Source of the DNA: Carcharhinus amblyrhynchos
Lineage: Eukaryota
DNA length: 64,000 nucleotides
Assembly: GCA_965287045.1 (NCBI GenBank)
Contig: OZ336877.1
Location: 63,612,001 to 63,676,000 of the forward strand
Reading direction: 5' to 3'
Both the position numbers and the translations under genes were made by a program. Positions 51,601 through 64,000 of this stretch are shown here, piece by piece; the stretch's first letter is position 1; each line of letters opens with the position of its first letter. The notes under the pieces were generated by a model. The model was not told where the DNA came from, ran no database searches, and was given only the letters and a program-made list of their open reading frames with translations.

Positions 51601-54299
51601 GAGGCAGTGGGCTGAAATCACTAAGTATATAGACATTTATTGTGGGAAAAATAATGGTTGCACTGAAGGTTTACTGAGTGTTCTTGACCTGTTGTTGAAA
51701 AATGTATTAGCTAGGGATATGAATAATATCCATGATAGCTTGCTGGCAGCTAGTTTATGTTGGTGAACATGGATTTAGTGAAGACATAGAGAGACAACTA
51801 AAATGTTCAGTTGGGCATTAAGGTGAAAATCTTTTCTATTAGAGACTGACATATGATACCATTTGGTAATGTTGCCAACCTGCCATCCCTGTTTCCTTCT
51901 GTACTTCCTTCTGATGACAGAAGTAGAAAGATATTCTGTTAGGAATATCCATGGTTTAAATGTAAATTTCAGCAGAAAATGGCAGAGCAAAAACACTAGG
52001 GCACTGAATTTGTTATGTCTTGGCAGATCACCTATGAGAGGAGGGGCATAAATTTGGGTTAAATCTGGTTATGCCAAGTTTCAAGCCCTTTAAATTCTCA
52101 TGGTAAACCAGAGAGCCACAAACCTTCTACATCCCATTCTTAAGACTAGCAGGAATCTGGGCGGCAGCTGGACACATGCCTGTGTTCACCTGAGAATTCT
52201 GCCCATTTTGTTTTCCATATGCCTGACTGCAGTATTTTGCTTCTGTAATGTAAGACATACCTGCACAGAGAGATTCCTGAAAACATAAGATATCCAGAGG
52301 TGGAAAGGAAAACAGTAAAATTCATAACTTGCCTCTTGTGCCAGTTGTGGGAAAAAGGCTTCTTCAACTGCAGAAGCAGGGTGCCATTTTGATCTTTTTT
52401 CAGGAAGATTCTGTGCTGTCGTAAACTCTGCCTGTCTGTTTCAACTATTCAAGTCATTACCTCACTGGAGTTTAGTGTCTTCTTCAACAAGTGGCTACTT
52501 GGGATTCCAGTTTACACTTTGGACAGACAGCAGAGCAATTCCCTGGAATGTTGGACCAAAGGAAAATGAAAGCAGGTCTAACACACCTACTCACTTACAG
52601 AGGCACATACAATATTCTTGCTTTGCTGACATTAATGTCCATTCCTCTTTAAATGCTGACTTCCAGTCATTCTGCTTAGCAAATTGGAACAACAGTTTCA
52701 CTTGGACAGATTGAATTCCTGATTAAAAAAAATCAATGAAAATTGAATCTGATTTCATTTGCATTGATTTAAGTTTGAGTAAGGCTGTTGGTTGTTTTCA
52801 GTGGGAGCTTCCTGCACCAAATCCCATTCAGAACAGAAGTTGTCAGGTATGGCGTTATAGCTGGGGATCTGCTGAGCCTGAACTTCCCCCCCAGAATCTC
52901 AGAGAATCACTTCCAATGTATTTAGTTTGTCAATTACTGCTTTATGAATATAATAATTGTGATAGAAAGAAAACATGGTTCATCTAGTTTGCTGTCTGCT
53001 ATCCTGGCAGTTAGATGATACAAAATAATAATAGAGTTGTTGACTGATCACAGCAACCACTCCAATGGTGGACAGCTTTGGGAACAGTTCCTCCCAAACA
53101 TGGTACACTTACCACCAAACATATTTTTCCACCAACGTTTAAAGATAACCTCCTGATTAGGACTGAAGATAGACCCCCTCCACTCCATTCCCCTCCTGCC
53201 CACGGACACGGATCCCCCCTCCACGTCCCACTTGCATCCGGGCCACTCCTGCCCCCACCACTATAAAGATATCAGGGGCTCTTCCTCCCATTTCCCCTCC
53301 CCCCAACAAACATTGCGGGATTTTATGCCTACATCATCATTTATTCTCATGGCGAATGCGGGCACTAAATTGCCTCCATTTATAAGGGTATTATCATGCA
53401 GTTAGTTAGTGGCTATCAGAAGTGTGAAAAGCAGATAGATCGTCAGTCAGCTTGCAGCATGAATTTGATGCAAACAGCATTGTTTTGAAGTTCAGCACTC
53501 CAGCTGACATCCTTCCTGAACCCTTTTGTGTTCAGAAGCAGGAGTTATACCTCCCTGTCACAAACAACCACCAGTGGTGTTAAAAGGGACTGAACATCGG
53601 CTTTTCACAGGTTACTTTCTGCTAGATGTCTTCTTGCTGTTGCTTTGACCCAGCGTTGGCTGGCTGACAAAACACTAAGAGTGCAAATAAGTGGCAGGAT
53701 GAGAGGAAAATTCATTCTTCCAGAGAGAGGACAGTAAATTATTGCTCCGTAGAGTTACTGCCACTCTCTCAGCATGGCGCTTCAGTATCTGATTCATCTG
53801 CTGGAGGACGGATTGCTGGACTGCTGCTATACTGTGGAAGTTAAGATGCTGAGATTGAAGTTTCAAAGTTTGGAAGCTAAATTGTGCAGAAGCTAAAACG
53901 TTCCAATTAAAGTTTCATGCCTTATCTGTACGGTTTTTAAAATGTTTATCAGCTCGCAGATCATCAAAGAAGTCAGTGTCTGCTATTTCAGCATGAACAG
54001 GCTAATCATCATCTGCATAGGCCCCATAACATTCTGCTTTTCAGCCTTCACCACAGGGTGAGCAAGACCAGATTTTTCCATAACCAATACCAAAGGCGAG
54101 ATATGGGGATATGCTATGCAAGTGAAGGATTAGCAGAAGTCAGTTTTGCATCAAATGAGAAAAGGTGCAAATTGGATGAATTTATATGCAAATGAAGGAT
54201 TAGAAAAATTGTTTGTTCCTGATTTGTTGTAATTGACTATAATTGCTAAGTTGTTTTTTCTGTAACTCCAGAAACATTGTCCAGGACAACTGCAAGGTG

Positions 54300-55900
54300 C
54301 TGATTCTCCTTGTGCACAAGTCATTAAAGACCTTGCATTGGATTATGCATAGTGTCTAGTGCTGTTTGTACTCAGGTTGACTAAGAGTGCCTAAGATTGC
54401 TGGTATCCAGGATCTCTGACAGTATCCTGCAAGTCTTTTTTCACACTGCCATCCACAATCATGATGGCAGCAGTCTGAGCTGGAATAACAGGAGCCTGAG
54501 CCTGAGTAACAGCAGTCTGAGCCTGAGTAACAGCAGCCTGAGCCTGAGTAACAAGGAGTCTAAACCTGATTAACAGTAGTCGAGCCTGAGTAACAAGGAG
54601 TCTAAACCTGAGTAACAGTAGTCTGAGCCTGAGTAACAGCAGCCTGAGCCTGAGTAGCAGCAACCTGAGCCTGAGTAAAAGCAGTCTGAGCCTGAGTAAC
54701 AGCAGCCTGAGCCTGAGTAACTGCAGCCTGAGCCTGAGTATTGCAGCTTGAGCCTGAGTAACAGCAGTCTGAGCCTGAGTAACAGCAGTCTGAGCCTGAG
54801 TAACAGCAGTCTGAGCCTGAGTAACAGCAGCCTGAGCCTGAGTAACAGCAGCCTGAGCCTGAGTAACAGCAGTCTGAGCCTGAGTAACAGGAATCTGAGG
54901 CTCCATTGCAACTTCCAGACATTGGCTGCCTTTTGGTTGGACTGAATGGAAGTTGAGACATTGGCCATTGGACATATTATTGATTGGATCTACAAGAGTG
55001 TTGCTGCAGTTAGTCACCGCTTCTATGCTGGGAAGGATGGGCTCCAAACCTCTGCACAAACCCCTATTGTTTGTCAATTTCTCTGCACCCCTTGACATTT
55101 ATTTCTGGCTTGCTTCCCAGTGCATCAAGGATTTGTTAACATACCCATCAACCTTCTTCTACAGGTGATCCCATCGAAGTATACATTTGAGTTCCCTGCT
55201 GCAGAACTCATGTGTGCCCTCATTTTTCCCTAGCTGCACAGGCTGGCCAGTCTCTCAACAGACACAGATCGTACTTCTATGCATTCCTCTAAATTATGCA
55301 GATGGCTGTGAGTGTGAGATCAAGTGATTGTCCTGGTTGACTAGCTGGCAGTGTGTGCAAGCTGTGAAATGTCGGTATGAGGTTTGTAGCAATGGTCAGT
55401 GTGTGACAGTGCAGTGGAGTAGGTACATGTTAGACACGAGTCCTGAATGATAGACAGTGTTGGTAGGTGCTTGATGTGCCTTTGGTTAATGGAGCAGTAG
55501 TTGGTGGTGCAGTTGGTTGAAGCTAGTGTTTGAAGATACATTAACTAATCTTGACTACTCATGTAAAGCCATTGAACTTCCTTTAATATTTCTTCCAGAT
55601 CCTGGCATTAATCGTTCAGGCTACCTGGTCCCATTCAAACTCACTTCCTGAGAGACTGCCAGCACCTTCTCCACTCATTACACACCTCCACTCTAAGAGG
55701 TTTCAGCAGTGCAAACTTGGTTTCAGTGGTGTTGGCCACTCATGATATTGGTTCCCCTGTTGATGTAGCCAATAGGTTGACTGGATCCTGAGACTGTTGA
55801 AGTAAACAGGCAGCACAAACTTGTGTGTCTGTTCCAAACAATGGGTAAGGGTTAATTGTGCACCTCAATCCCCATACACATTTCTGCCACAATCAATTTA
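54300..55900 (-). pseudogene. Decayed Harbinger-type Myb/SANT-like gene with expanded heptad region
   Basis: The minus strand at about 55550-55640 reads FEWDQVA*TINARIWKKY*RKFNGFT*VVK, like the W..VA..VNA...W.QC.KKFNDL Myb/SANT-like motif. Downstream lies the low-complexity (TQAQTAV)n ORF. Confidence 0.55.
54468..54899. repeat. 21-bp minisatellite, about 20 units (gcctgagtaacagcag[c/t]ctga)
   Basis: Directly visible tandem array with a few 1-bp indels and variant units. Confidence 0.95.
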
Positions 55901-55955
55901 AACCACAAGACATTTAAGGTTAACTATCCTGCTAAGTGGTGAACTTGTCATATAA

Positions 55956-56494
55956 ACATAACATAAGAACTAGGAGCAGGAGTAGGCCATCTGGCCCCTC
56001 GATCCTGCTCCGCCATTCAGTAAAATCATGGTCGATCTTTTTGTGGACTCAGCTCCACTTGCCTGCCCGCTCACCATAACCCTTAATCCCTTTACTGTTC
56101 AAAATGTATCTATCTTTGTCTTAAAAACATTCAATGAGGTAGCCTCAACTGCTTCACTGGGCAGGGAATTCCACAGATTCACAATCCTTTGTGTGAAGAA
56201 GTTCCTCCTCAACTCAGTCCTAAATTTGCTTCCCCAACCTCCCTGCTTCTATCTTATCTATTCCCTTCATAATCTTATATGTTTCTATAAGATTTCCCCT
56301 CATTCTTCTGAATTCCAATACGTATATCTCAAGCTACTCAGACTCTCCTCATAAGCCAACACCCTCAGCTCCGGAATCAACCTAATGAATCTCCTCTGCA
56401 CCCCCTCCAGTGCCAGTATATCCTTTCTCAAGTAAGGAGACCAAAACTGTACACAGTACTCCAGCTGTGATCTCATCAGCACCTTGTACAGCTG
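55956..56494 (-). mobile_element. CR1 LINE 3' end
   Basis: QLYKVLMRSQLEYCVQFWSPYLRKDILALEGVQRRFIRLIPELR; same subfamily as the 40275 copy. Confidence 0.92.
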
Positions 56495-56984
56495 GACCAT
56501 TCCTTCCAAAATAGTGTTGAATTCAAATATAAACTTTCTTATCGTGCATCATTTTTATTTTAAATACAACATGACTTCTCCTCTTTAGGAACATGTGCCG
56601 ATGTGATGCACCTGTTGCCTGTAACCAGAGGAAAAAAATGTTAACATAGAAGAGAAAATATGAGTCTGATCAACATTAAATTGTTTACTTGAGTGGCATA
56701 GCTGCAGGAAGTCATTATAATCTAAAAGGACGCACATCTCACTGCATTCGAGTACCAACTTTGCATTTTATATTTGTTCACATTAGTTAATGTGCATTAT
56801 TGACTAAATGTGCAATAAGGAACAGCTGCCTGCATTATTAAGAGGTTCACGAGACACTTGGTTCCTCCCAAAAGCACAGTTAATATTTGTTATAAAGAGA
56901 GAATGACTATTACCACCTAAAAATTACTTTCAAATTTACCAACAATGAATTAGCCATACAATGTCTTGATTATTTTATGGGGGA

Positions 56985-57848
56985 GATCATGGCATAGTGG
57001 TAATATCACTGGTTTAATGATCATGAGATGAAGGCTAATGCTCTTTAAATCTCACTATGGCAGCTGATAGAATTGGAAATCAGTTAATAAAGCTGGAATA
57101 TAGGCCGGAATTCTCCGGCCTCGCATGCCCCACTAATGCTGCCAGTGACAATGGAGAATTTGGTGGTCAGTTAAATCTCCAATCACAGCAGCAGGACTGG
57201 AGAGGTCCCCTTTGCTTGTACTGGAATAAAGTTGAGACATTGGCCATTGGATGTATTATTGGTTGGATCCACAAAAGTGCTGCTGCAGTTGGTCACCACT
57301 TCCATGCTGGGAAGGATGGGCTCCAAACCACTGCACAAACCCCTGCAGGGGTGGGGGGTGGGCATCGGGGCTTGCCCAGAGAGGTCTAGGAGGCCAGCGA
57401 CTGGGGAGTGGGGAGGGGGGGTTCGGAGGGGCAGTGATGTGGAGTTGCAGGTCTGGCTAACGATCAGGAGGCCTGCAGTGCAGGGTGACTGCGTATGCGC
57501 CGATCTCTGCTGTGACAGATTGGCGCATGCGCAGTGGCCTACTCAGCACTATGCTGCCGGCCTCTTGGGTGGGAACAGGCCCCACCTCCTGATTTAAAGA
57601 TCATCCGCTAGGGCACTGTTCAGTGCTCAGAGTGTGGGAGATTCATTCTGAAAATACCGCTGAGAAAATCATCAGGAGTTACTCCAGTTTTCACATGAAT
57701 TTGGCACTTTTTTTGGGAGAATCCTGCCCATCTGTTTTACTAATATCAATTCAGGAAGGAAATCCTTAACTGGTCTGGTTCCACTTACTTGTGACTCCAA
57801 ATCAGTTAATGTTGGGCGTGAACTTGATTACATCTGAATGGGCAGCCT
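56985..57848 (+). mobile_element. tRNA-derived SINE (family C) split by a MITE-like element
   Basis: Head ggcatagtggtaatatcactgg (also at about 28938 and 60522); the body resumes after 57730. Confidence 0.55.
57103..57729. mobile_element. Chimeric MITE-like element with imperfect 14-bp TIRs
   Basis: Ends ggccggaattctcc / ggagaatcctgccc; flanks ata / atc. Confidence 0.65.
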
Positions 57849-60737
57849 GAGAACATTGCAAACTGCGCTGGCACTTGCACCCAGCGCAAATCCCATTCCA
57901 AAGCAATTCTGGTATTTTCCTGACATAGCGGGATTTACGCCGGATGCAATGCAGTCAGAGAGATGCTTCCAGCCTCACTGATGTGACCGTGAGGATCATT
58001 TAATGAAATATCAGATTTCGGAATGACTTTAAAATGTATTTGAACTATTTAATTTTAGTTTACATGCGACAGCTTAGTGCAGGCAGAAACAGTATAACAT
58101 ACTTTAATATTCACAAAAATGAATGAGAAATTTTAAGTGTGTAAGCTGTGTTAACAGGAAATTGTTTTGCTTGGGTTCAGGTTAAAAATGCAGAAATAGC
58201 ACTTCCAAATCCAATTAGTTCAGACTGTAGCATGCATTATATCATGAAGCAATAATTCCTGAAGAAGATAATTAATAAAAGAAAATATGGGCAAACCATG
58301 ATGAATTTAGAATCGTATGATGCGATATTCAATAGCTGTGGCTGTATTTTAACAATTTTAAATTGACAAGTAGCAGTATGAGTGTGCTCCTATACAGAGT
58401 AACTTTGAATTAACATTTGCTTCACCATGTGTTTACATGTTTCAAGTTACAAATGGTGTTCCATATTTTTCCTCTAGAAATTTGTCTTTTGTTAATATGC
58501 TGAGATTGGCCACTGCGAGAAACACAGAGAGTGAAAGTTGCTTTATGCCTATTTTGAGACCTGAAATGTTTTACATTCATAAAACAGGAGCAAGAGATCC
58601 AATTTCTATTGCAAGGCCTTAAGTTTGACCAAGAACATTAAAGTCACATTATTACTTTGTTTACCACAGTAATTTATAACCATATTGACTCTGTATTGAC
58701 AATTGAGTAAAATGGACTGATTAATCCAAGCACTGAATGCCTTTAGCATTATTATCTATTCCTTTGTTAAAGTGAATGATAAAGTATAGTAGTTAAATGG
58801 AATAAAATGATAAAGTAATATTGCTGAGAAAGAGAAATGCTGTTGAAGCTTTTCATCTCTCACTCACCAGAACAGGTGCAAGAATACCAAATTTCAAAGG
58901 GAACAACAACTTATGCTGCATAAAGAAAGAGTGCTGATAGGTTGGCAAGTCAACATCAATTTGTCATGTTGTTGCCATGGAGAATTCAGCAGAAACCTCT
59001 GGCCGTTGTCACCGATGGGATTCTCTAGTCACAATATGGTGGGCTGCTTCCACCACCACAAGATGGGGGCGCATGAAAAATCCCACCTTATGTTCTGAGT
59101 TTTGCAAGCTTGGACTGTTTGGTTACGGTTAGTACTCTGCCTATTTCAAGCAGCTGTCGATATGATCCAGCAGCCATTGGGATATACAGCCTATGTACCT
59201 GGCATTGCACTGGAACTGAAATTCATATCCCACATTATTCATTTGCATGGTGGCATCAATAGCAGATTATTGTTCGGAGTGGATTGTTCAGGGCATGCTT
59301 TGACTGAGGTGTGACATTTCAAATTACAAAATCAATTTCTTTGTTGAACTGTTTATATGATGGTTAGATTTCCTGCAAGCTATGTTACAAAATTGGTATT
59401 TATTTTACAAATTGCATGCATTGTGGGTGTGGGTGATAAAAAATATGTTGCAAAGTCTAAATGTTAGAACAAAACATTTTAGTCTATTATAGACTAGAGT
59501 ATGGCTATGTTTTGGGTCACTATTTGATTTAGTTCCTGTGTGAATCATTAGTGGGGTATCTCAATAACAAAATACATTGCTAGTAGAGATTAAATATGTA
59601 ATATAACAATATCTCTCTTCAATAAATAGTTACATTCCTTTACAAATGCTGTTTTGAATTATGAAAATATTTATAATTGATGTATTCTTTCATGGGGAAT
59701 GTGCAAATTAAGGATCTATCAAAGAAGATTTGAGATCTTGATAGGCTTGTAGGTCAAAGTTTTATTTTAATTCATTTTTGTGCAAGGCTTTGCACTGATT
59801 TTCCCCCATCTCAGCAAACATTACTGTAAAAATTGAAATGAATATTGTTAGTCAATAATTTTCTAGCAACTATCCTGTGTTGTCCATTTGAATTCCTTTC
59901 AGATACAGCATCCTCACTTCTAAATTTGTGAACTGATTTGTAGACTAGTTGTTTATTTCTAGTAACTCAAGGCCTTTACTTGAGGTGCTTCTACTCAATT
60001 ACAAACATGATATATTTAAATGAATACATTCCTACCTGAAGGTGTAATTTTAATATAATTATATCCGTTTTAATGTGATCACTCAGCTTGAATATATAAT
60101 ATGTTGTGCCACTGGATGGTCATAGTTTCTTGAAAGAACATAAGAAATAGGAACAAGAATGGGTCATTTGATTTTGATAAGATCATTGCTGATCTGATTG
60201 TAATCCCAACTCCACATTCCTGCCTGGTTCTCATAGCCCTTGAAACCCTGTAGATTAGAAAGCATTTCCAAATGTCTCTATATTTTGTTTAATTTATAAA
60301 ATTAATAGAGTAATTTTTATGTCCATAAATCTCACTGCTTTTTAGCTCATGTATCTACAAGATTCTGATTTTGCCAATCATTTAATTACTTGGTCATGTC
60401 TCTTTGTTCTCCACGGAGAGTAATGATTAAACTGTTAAACGACTACATACTTTTGTAGAAGATTCTGTGCCAGTAAGTAACACATGTTCTTTATAATATA
60501 ATTAGAATGAGGAGAGGCAGAGGCATAGTGTTAAAATCACTGGGCTAGTAAGAGGTGACGACATCGGGGTCTCACCTGCTGGCTGGAGAGCTGGCGAGAG
60601 ACTTACACTGCCTCTTTTCCAGAAGTTTTCCGGAGCTACAAGCCAAACAAACAGTGGTAAGGCCTAGCAGTGGGCCCTCTGGAATCAGGACCCTGAGGGG
60701 AAAGGGGGTGGCTGGGGGATGGAATGGGGATGGATTC

Positions 60738-60889
60738 TCACCAGGTGAACCTTCGTCACCTGACGAAGGGGCTAACCCCGAAAGCTAGTGAGTTTACTAT
60801 CAAATAAATCAGTTGGACTGAAACCTGGTGTTGTCAGACTTTTTACTCTGTTTACCCCAATCCAACGCCAGCATATCCACATCATGACT
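60738..60889 (+). mobile_element. Penelope-like terminal repeat
   Basis: caaataaatcagttggactgaaacctggtgttgt...ccccaatccaacgccagcatatccacatcatg is homologous to 12866-12950. Confidence 0.75.
60756..60791 (+). ncRNA. Minimal type I hammerhead ribozyme motif (Penelope-type)
   Basis: UCAC-CUGACGA-A-GGGG-cuaa-CCCC-GAAA-GC-UA-GUGA: stem I UCAC/GUGA, conserved core, 4-bp stem II, and palindromic AGCU in place of stem III. Confidence 0.72.
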
Positions 60890-61933
60890 GCTTTTGTCAC
60901 GCAGCAGGCAAGGAGACTCTAGCAGAGGCCGATTCACAGGCTCCCCTCTGGGCACCATGGCCCCCCTGAGTCTCCAGCAGCTGGATTTCCAGTGCCCTCA
61001 GCTCCGCCCAGAAATTGGTGCAGAACTGCATAAATTATGGTAATGTTTGTTACCATATATTTTAAATATCATTAGCGAGCCCAGGACTGCAATCTCCGGG
61101 CCCACTAGCATCTCCCCTCACCCCTGCAACCGGACAGGAGTGTTTCACTCCAGCGGGGTTTACAATAGCTCCCCACTAATGGGGAGCTGGTGGTCTAACC
61201 CGGCCAGAGTGAGGAGGGGGGGGCACAATCAAGGCCCCCCCAGAGGGTTGGGCACTGGGGGGGTGCCCTCTTACATTGCCAGCCTGGGCCCCCTGGCATT
61301 GCCCAAGGGACAGAGTCCCCAGTGCCTAGGGGCACCTTGGCACTGCCATCTGAGCATTGGGCCTAATAGTGCAGTGCCTAATGGGGCGGGACCTCTAGGG
61401 GCTGATTAGTGGGGGTGGGGGATCACGCTGCCACTCTGCATTCAGGCTGAGTGACAGAGGGTGGGAGGCTGGCTATCAGGGTGGGGGGGGTCAGCTTGCT
61501 GCAGGATTGGGGCTACAGTGCGGGTAAGGATCAAGATTGTGGAGCGGGATGTGATTGGGGCTGCCAGTGGGGGAAGATTGGGGCTGGGGAGGGCAGGGGT
61601 GATCGAGGTGGGCTGGGGGCAGGGTAGGGGAGCCTGGCCCAGACAGCGATTGAGCTAGCCAGCAGTCAGGAAGCTGGAAGCGCCAGGTACTGCGCATGCG
61701 CCAATCTCAGCACTGACAGATCGCACATTCACAGTGGCCCACTCAGCACTATGCTGTCAACCTCCTCCAGCGGGGATAGGCCCTGTCCACTGATTTTTTG
61801 GACTGATTTACACTAGTGCCCTCTTCAGTGCACAGAGTGTAGGAGATTCATTTTGAAACTGCTGCTGAAAACACCAGTGGGATTTTCTCCAGTTTTTACG
61901 TGAATTCAACACTTAGAATTTTTGGGGGAGAAT
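60890..61933 (-). mobile_element. Large GC-rich non-autonomous element (same family as 15701-16830)
   Basis: The right end is homologous to 57480-57729 and to the reverse complement of 15706-15920. Confidence 0.65.
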
Positions 61934-64000
61934 CTATCTGAACTAGATTAGTTCCATGAAGATTCATCATGTTGCAAAAAGTAGCCTGTTATTTTTGCAT
62001 TGGTAACATTTCCCAAAGCAGAGGCAGCGAAAATAATTCCAGTTCTTTTTAATCAGATACATCAGGAAAAGCATATCCCTTATTCTGTGAGAAAAGACTG
62101 GTTGTTTCTTTCAACTTATTTTAGTTTAGACAGTTACTGGTTATTTTAGACATTTTATTCCATGAACCTTGTACTGCCGGAGTCACATGACTGTTATTGG
62201 TTACCTAGGAAGCACATAAGGCAGATTCTAGACAGAAGGTCATAAATTTTGACTTGCATAGTGCTCCAGCAGAGGAACGTAGTCTGAAAAAATTAGTTTG
62301 CAAATGATCACCGATTTATTTTTGCCTTTGCTATGCCAAATGATGTTTGAAGATAGTTTGGCATAGTATAGTAATATTTATATAAGTATCAATATTCAGG
62401 AAACTTGTATAGAACATTAATGGCATGTTTACACTGCAGGATCATTGCCAGTAAGAGACATGACACTGACACCTCCAAGGCACTTTGGAGATTCCCTGTT
62501 TTATAGTACAAAGGGCTGATAGCTTCAGAGATCCATCTTTTTTGTGGGTCTTCATAAGGCACTATTGGGTCTTACTTACATCTAAGTGCATGGAACTGCA
62601 TTTGGAATGTTTTTGTCCCTCATCATTTGCTGCTTTCTGTCCACAAATGGCCCTGATTTAGAATGGCTGCAAAAGGAAGATAAATGGAACAGATTGATGC
62701 TGGAGGCTGTGAGGCTGTGTTTGACTAATGTTCTTCTGGGACCCCTGAATAAATTGGTAAAGTTCCTGAAGAAAGGGAGTTATGTGGTATACATAAATTC
62801 TATTTTCAACTTTCTTCTGTAGCAATCCAAGGAAATGGTGGCTGCTTTGGTCTTAATTATAACTTTGAGGCAGGCTTTACTAAATGAAATCAGCAGGGTT
62901 CATTAGGGTCCCATTTGATGTATCAGTATTATAAAAATACCATGTTAATTATGCTCAAATGCTGCAAGTTACCTCCATTTTCCTGCAATCATAAAATGAG
63001 AGAAACCCTGTGAAGCAAATTAGTCCTAATTGAAAGAGGACTGATTAATATTTAAATAAGGCATTGTGTGAGGGATTCTGCCATGAGAAAAATAAGCTGA
63101 ACATCTGAATTAATTGCATGGCAGGTTAAATTAAATTTCATATAATGGGCTGGAAGATGAGTTGGCAATGTGCTTTAGGAGTGAATACAATGGCTGAAAT
63201 ACCAGCCTTTTCTTTTCCTTTTGGCTGGATTCCACTTAGAACCTTGAGGCCCTACCTCTTTGTTGTCTGTCTTTCATTATACACAAAGGTACTAACATAA
63301 AATTGCAACCACATTTTACAAAACGTAATCCTTTTAGGAAGCAACACCTGCTGACTGTTTCTGTGAATATTTTTCCCTTTGTACATTTGGCTGAAAATTT
63401 TAAATGGTGAAATAATTATTGTGCTTTGTTTTGCAATGTAACTTAAAGGATCGCTCATAAAATACAACATTTTGCAAGAACTTAAATCCCTCTATAGCCT
63501 CACCCCAGGCTTTCCTCCAAAGATCTCCTTCAGACTTGTATTCCCATACACAAACTCCATTTTTAAACACCAGGTTTTTCTCTGTCCTTGAACTCAGCGC
63601 TCAATTATCAGTGTCTGTTCATTCATCCACCTCTGTCCTCTGTCGTGTCCTCTTTGGTCACCATTTCCACTGCTGCTTTCAGAGACCTCCACAACTTTCT
63701 TCTTTTGGACCATGTTTAATCTAAGATTCAGCCTCATCATAACCCTGCCTCCTCTCTCTTCTACTTTTGCCATTTAATTTTTTCTGCTTAAATTGCTTTG
63801 TTAAATTGGATGAGGAGCAATAAAGAAAAGCAAGTTGTTGTAGTTAATTGGGATTTATTAATTGAGTATGAGTTATCACTAACTACTCTGTCATTGGCAA
63901 GCTTGCAAAGCAACTCAGTTTAAAGCAATTTTAATACTTAAGGGCTCTGAGTCTTAGGAACTTCTTGTCACAAACAGCTATGGGGGCAGGGTCTTTAGAC

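Larger units (their letters stand above)
2119..64000 (+). other. TOX: TOX intron 1 (partial, runs past the window end)
   Basis: GT donor at 2119. No exon encoding the expected next peptide (FDGENMYMSM-like) was seen by eye. Mammalian TOX intron 1 is very large. Confidence 0.75.

Noticed and set aside
54468-54899. CRISPR array or keratin-associated Cys-rich gene
   Set aside because: The repeats are contiguous with no unique spacers, in a vertebrate context. The Cys-rich reading is only an alternative frame of the minisatellite.

Overview
This is eukaryotic, vertebrate genomic DNA, almost certainly from an elasmobranch (shark): it carries many HE1-type V-SINEs and shark-type CR1 LINE ends. The only host protein-coding sequence I can support is the first coding exon of a TOX orthologue on the + strand (ATG 2014 to 2118, GT donor at 2119), preceded by its promoter/5'UTR. 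The remaining ~62 kb appears to be TOX intron 1, as I found no exon 2. It is a mosaic of SINEs, CR1/L2/Rex1/RTE/Vingi-like LINE relics, Penelope-like elements carrying minimal hammerhead ribozyme motifs, Harbinger-like relics and MITEs, separated by repeat-poor blocks that may be enhancers. Almost all ORFs in the supplied track are spurious or repeat-derived. Most notable: (1) an intact sense-strand minimal hammerhead at 60756-60791 overlapped by an antisense 'clamp'; (2) a perfect 100-bp inverted duplication (39043-39142 / 39614-39713); (3) a RUNX-ETS element containing an ATG-TGA start-stop uORF, plus an overlapping uORF, in the TOX leader; (4) several nested insertions and a chimeric MITE. 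Repeat family names come from my recognition of the sequences, not a database search, and repeat boundaries are approximate. There is no prokaryotic-type system (CRISPR, operon, etc.).
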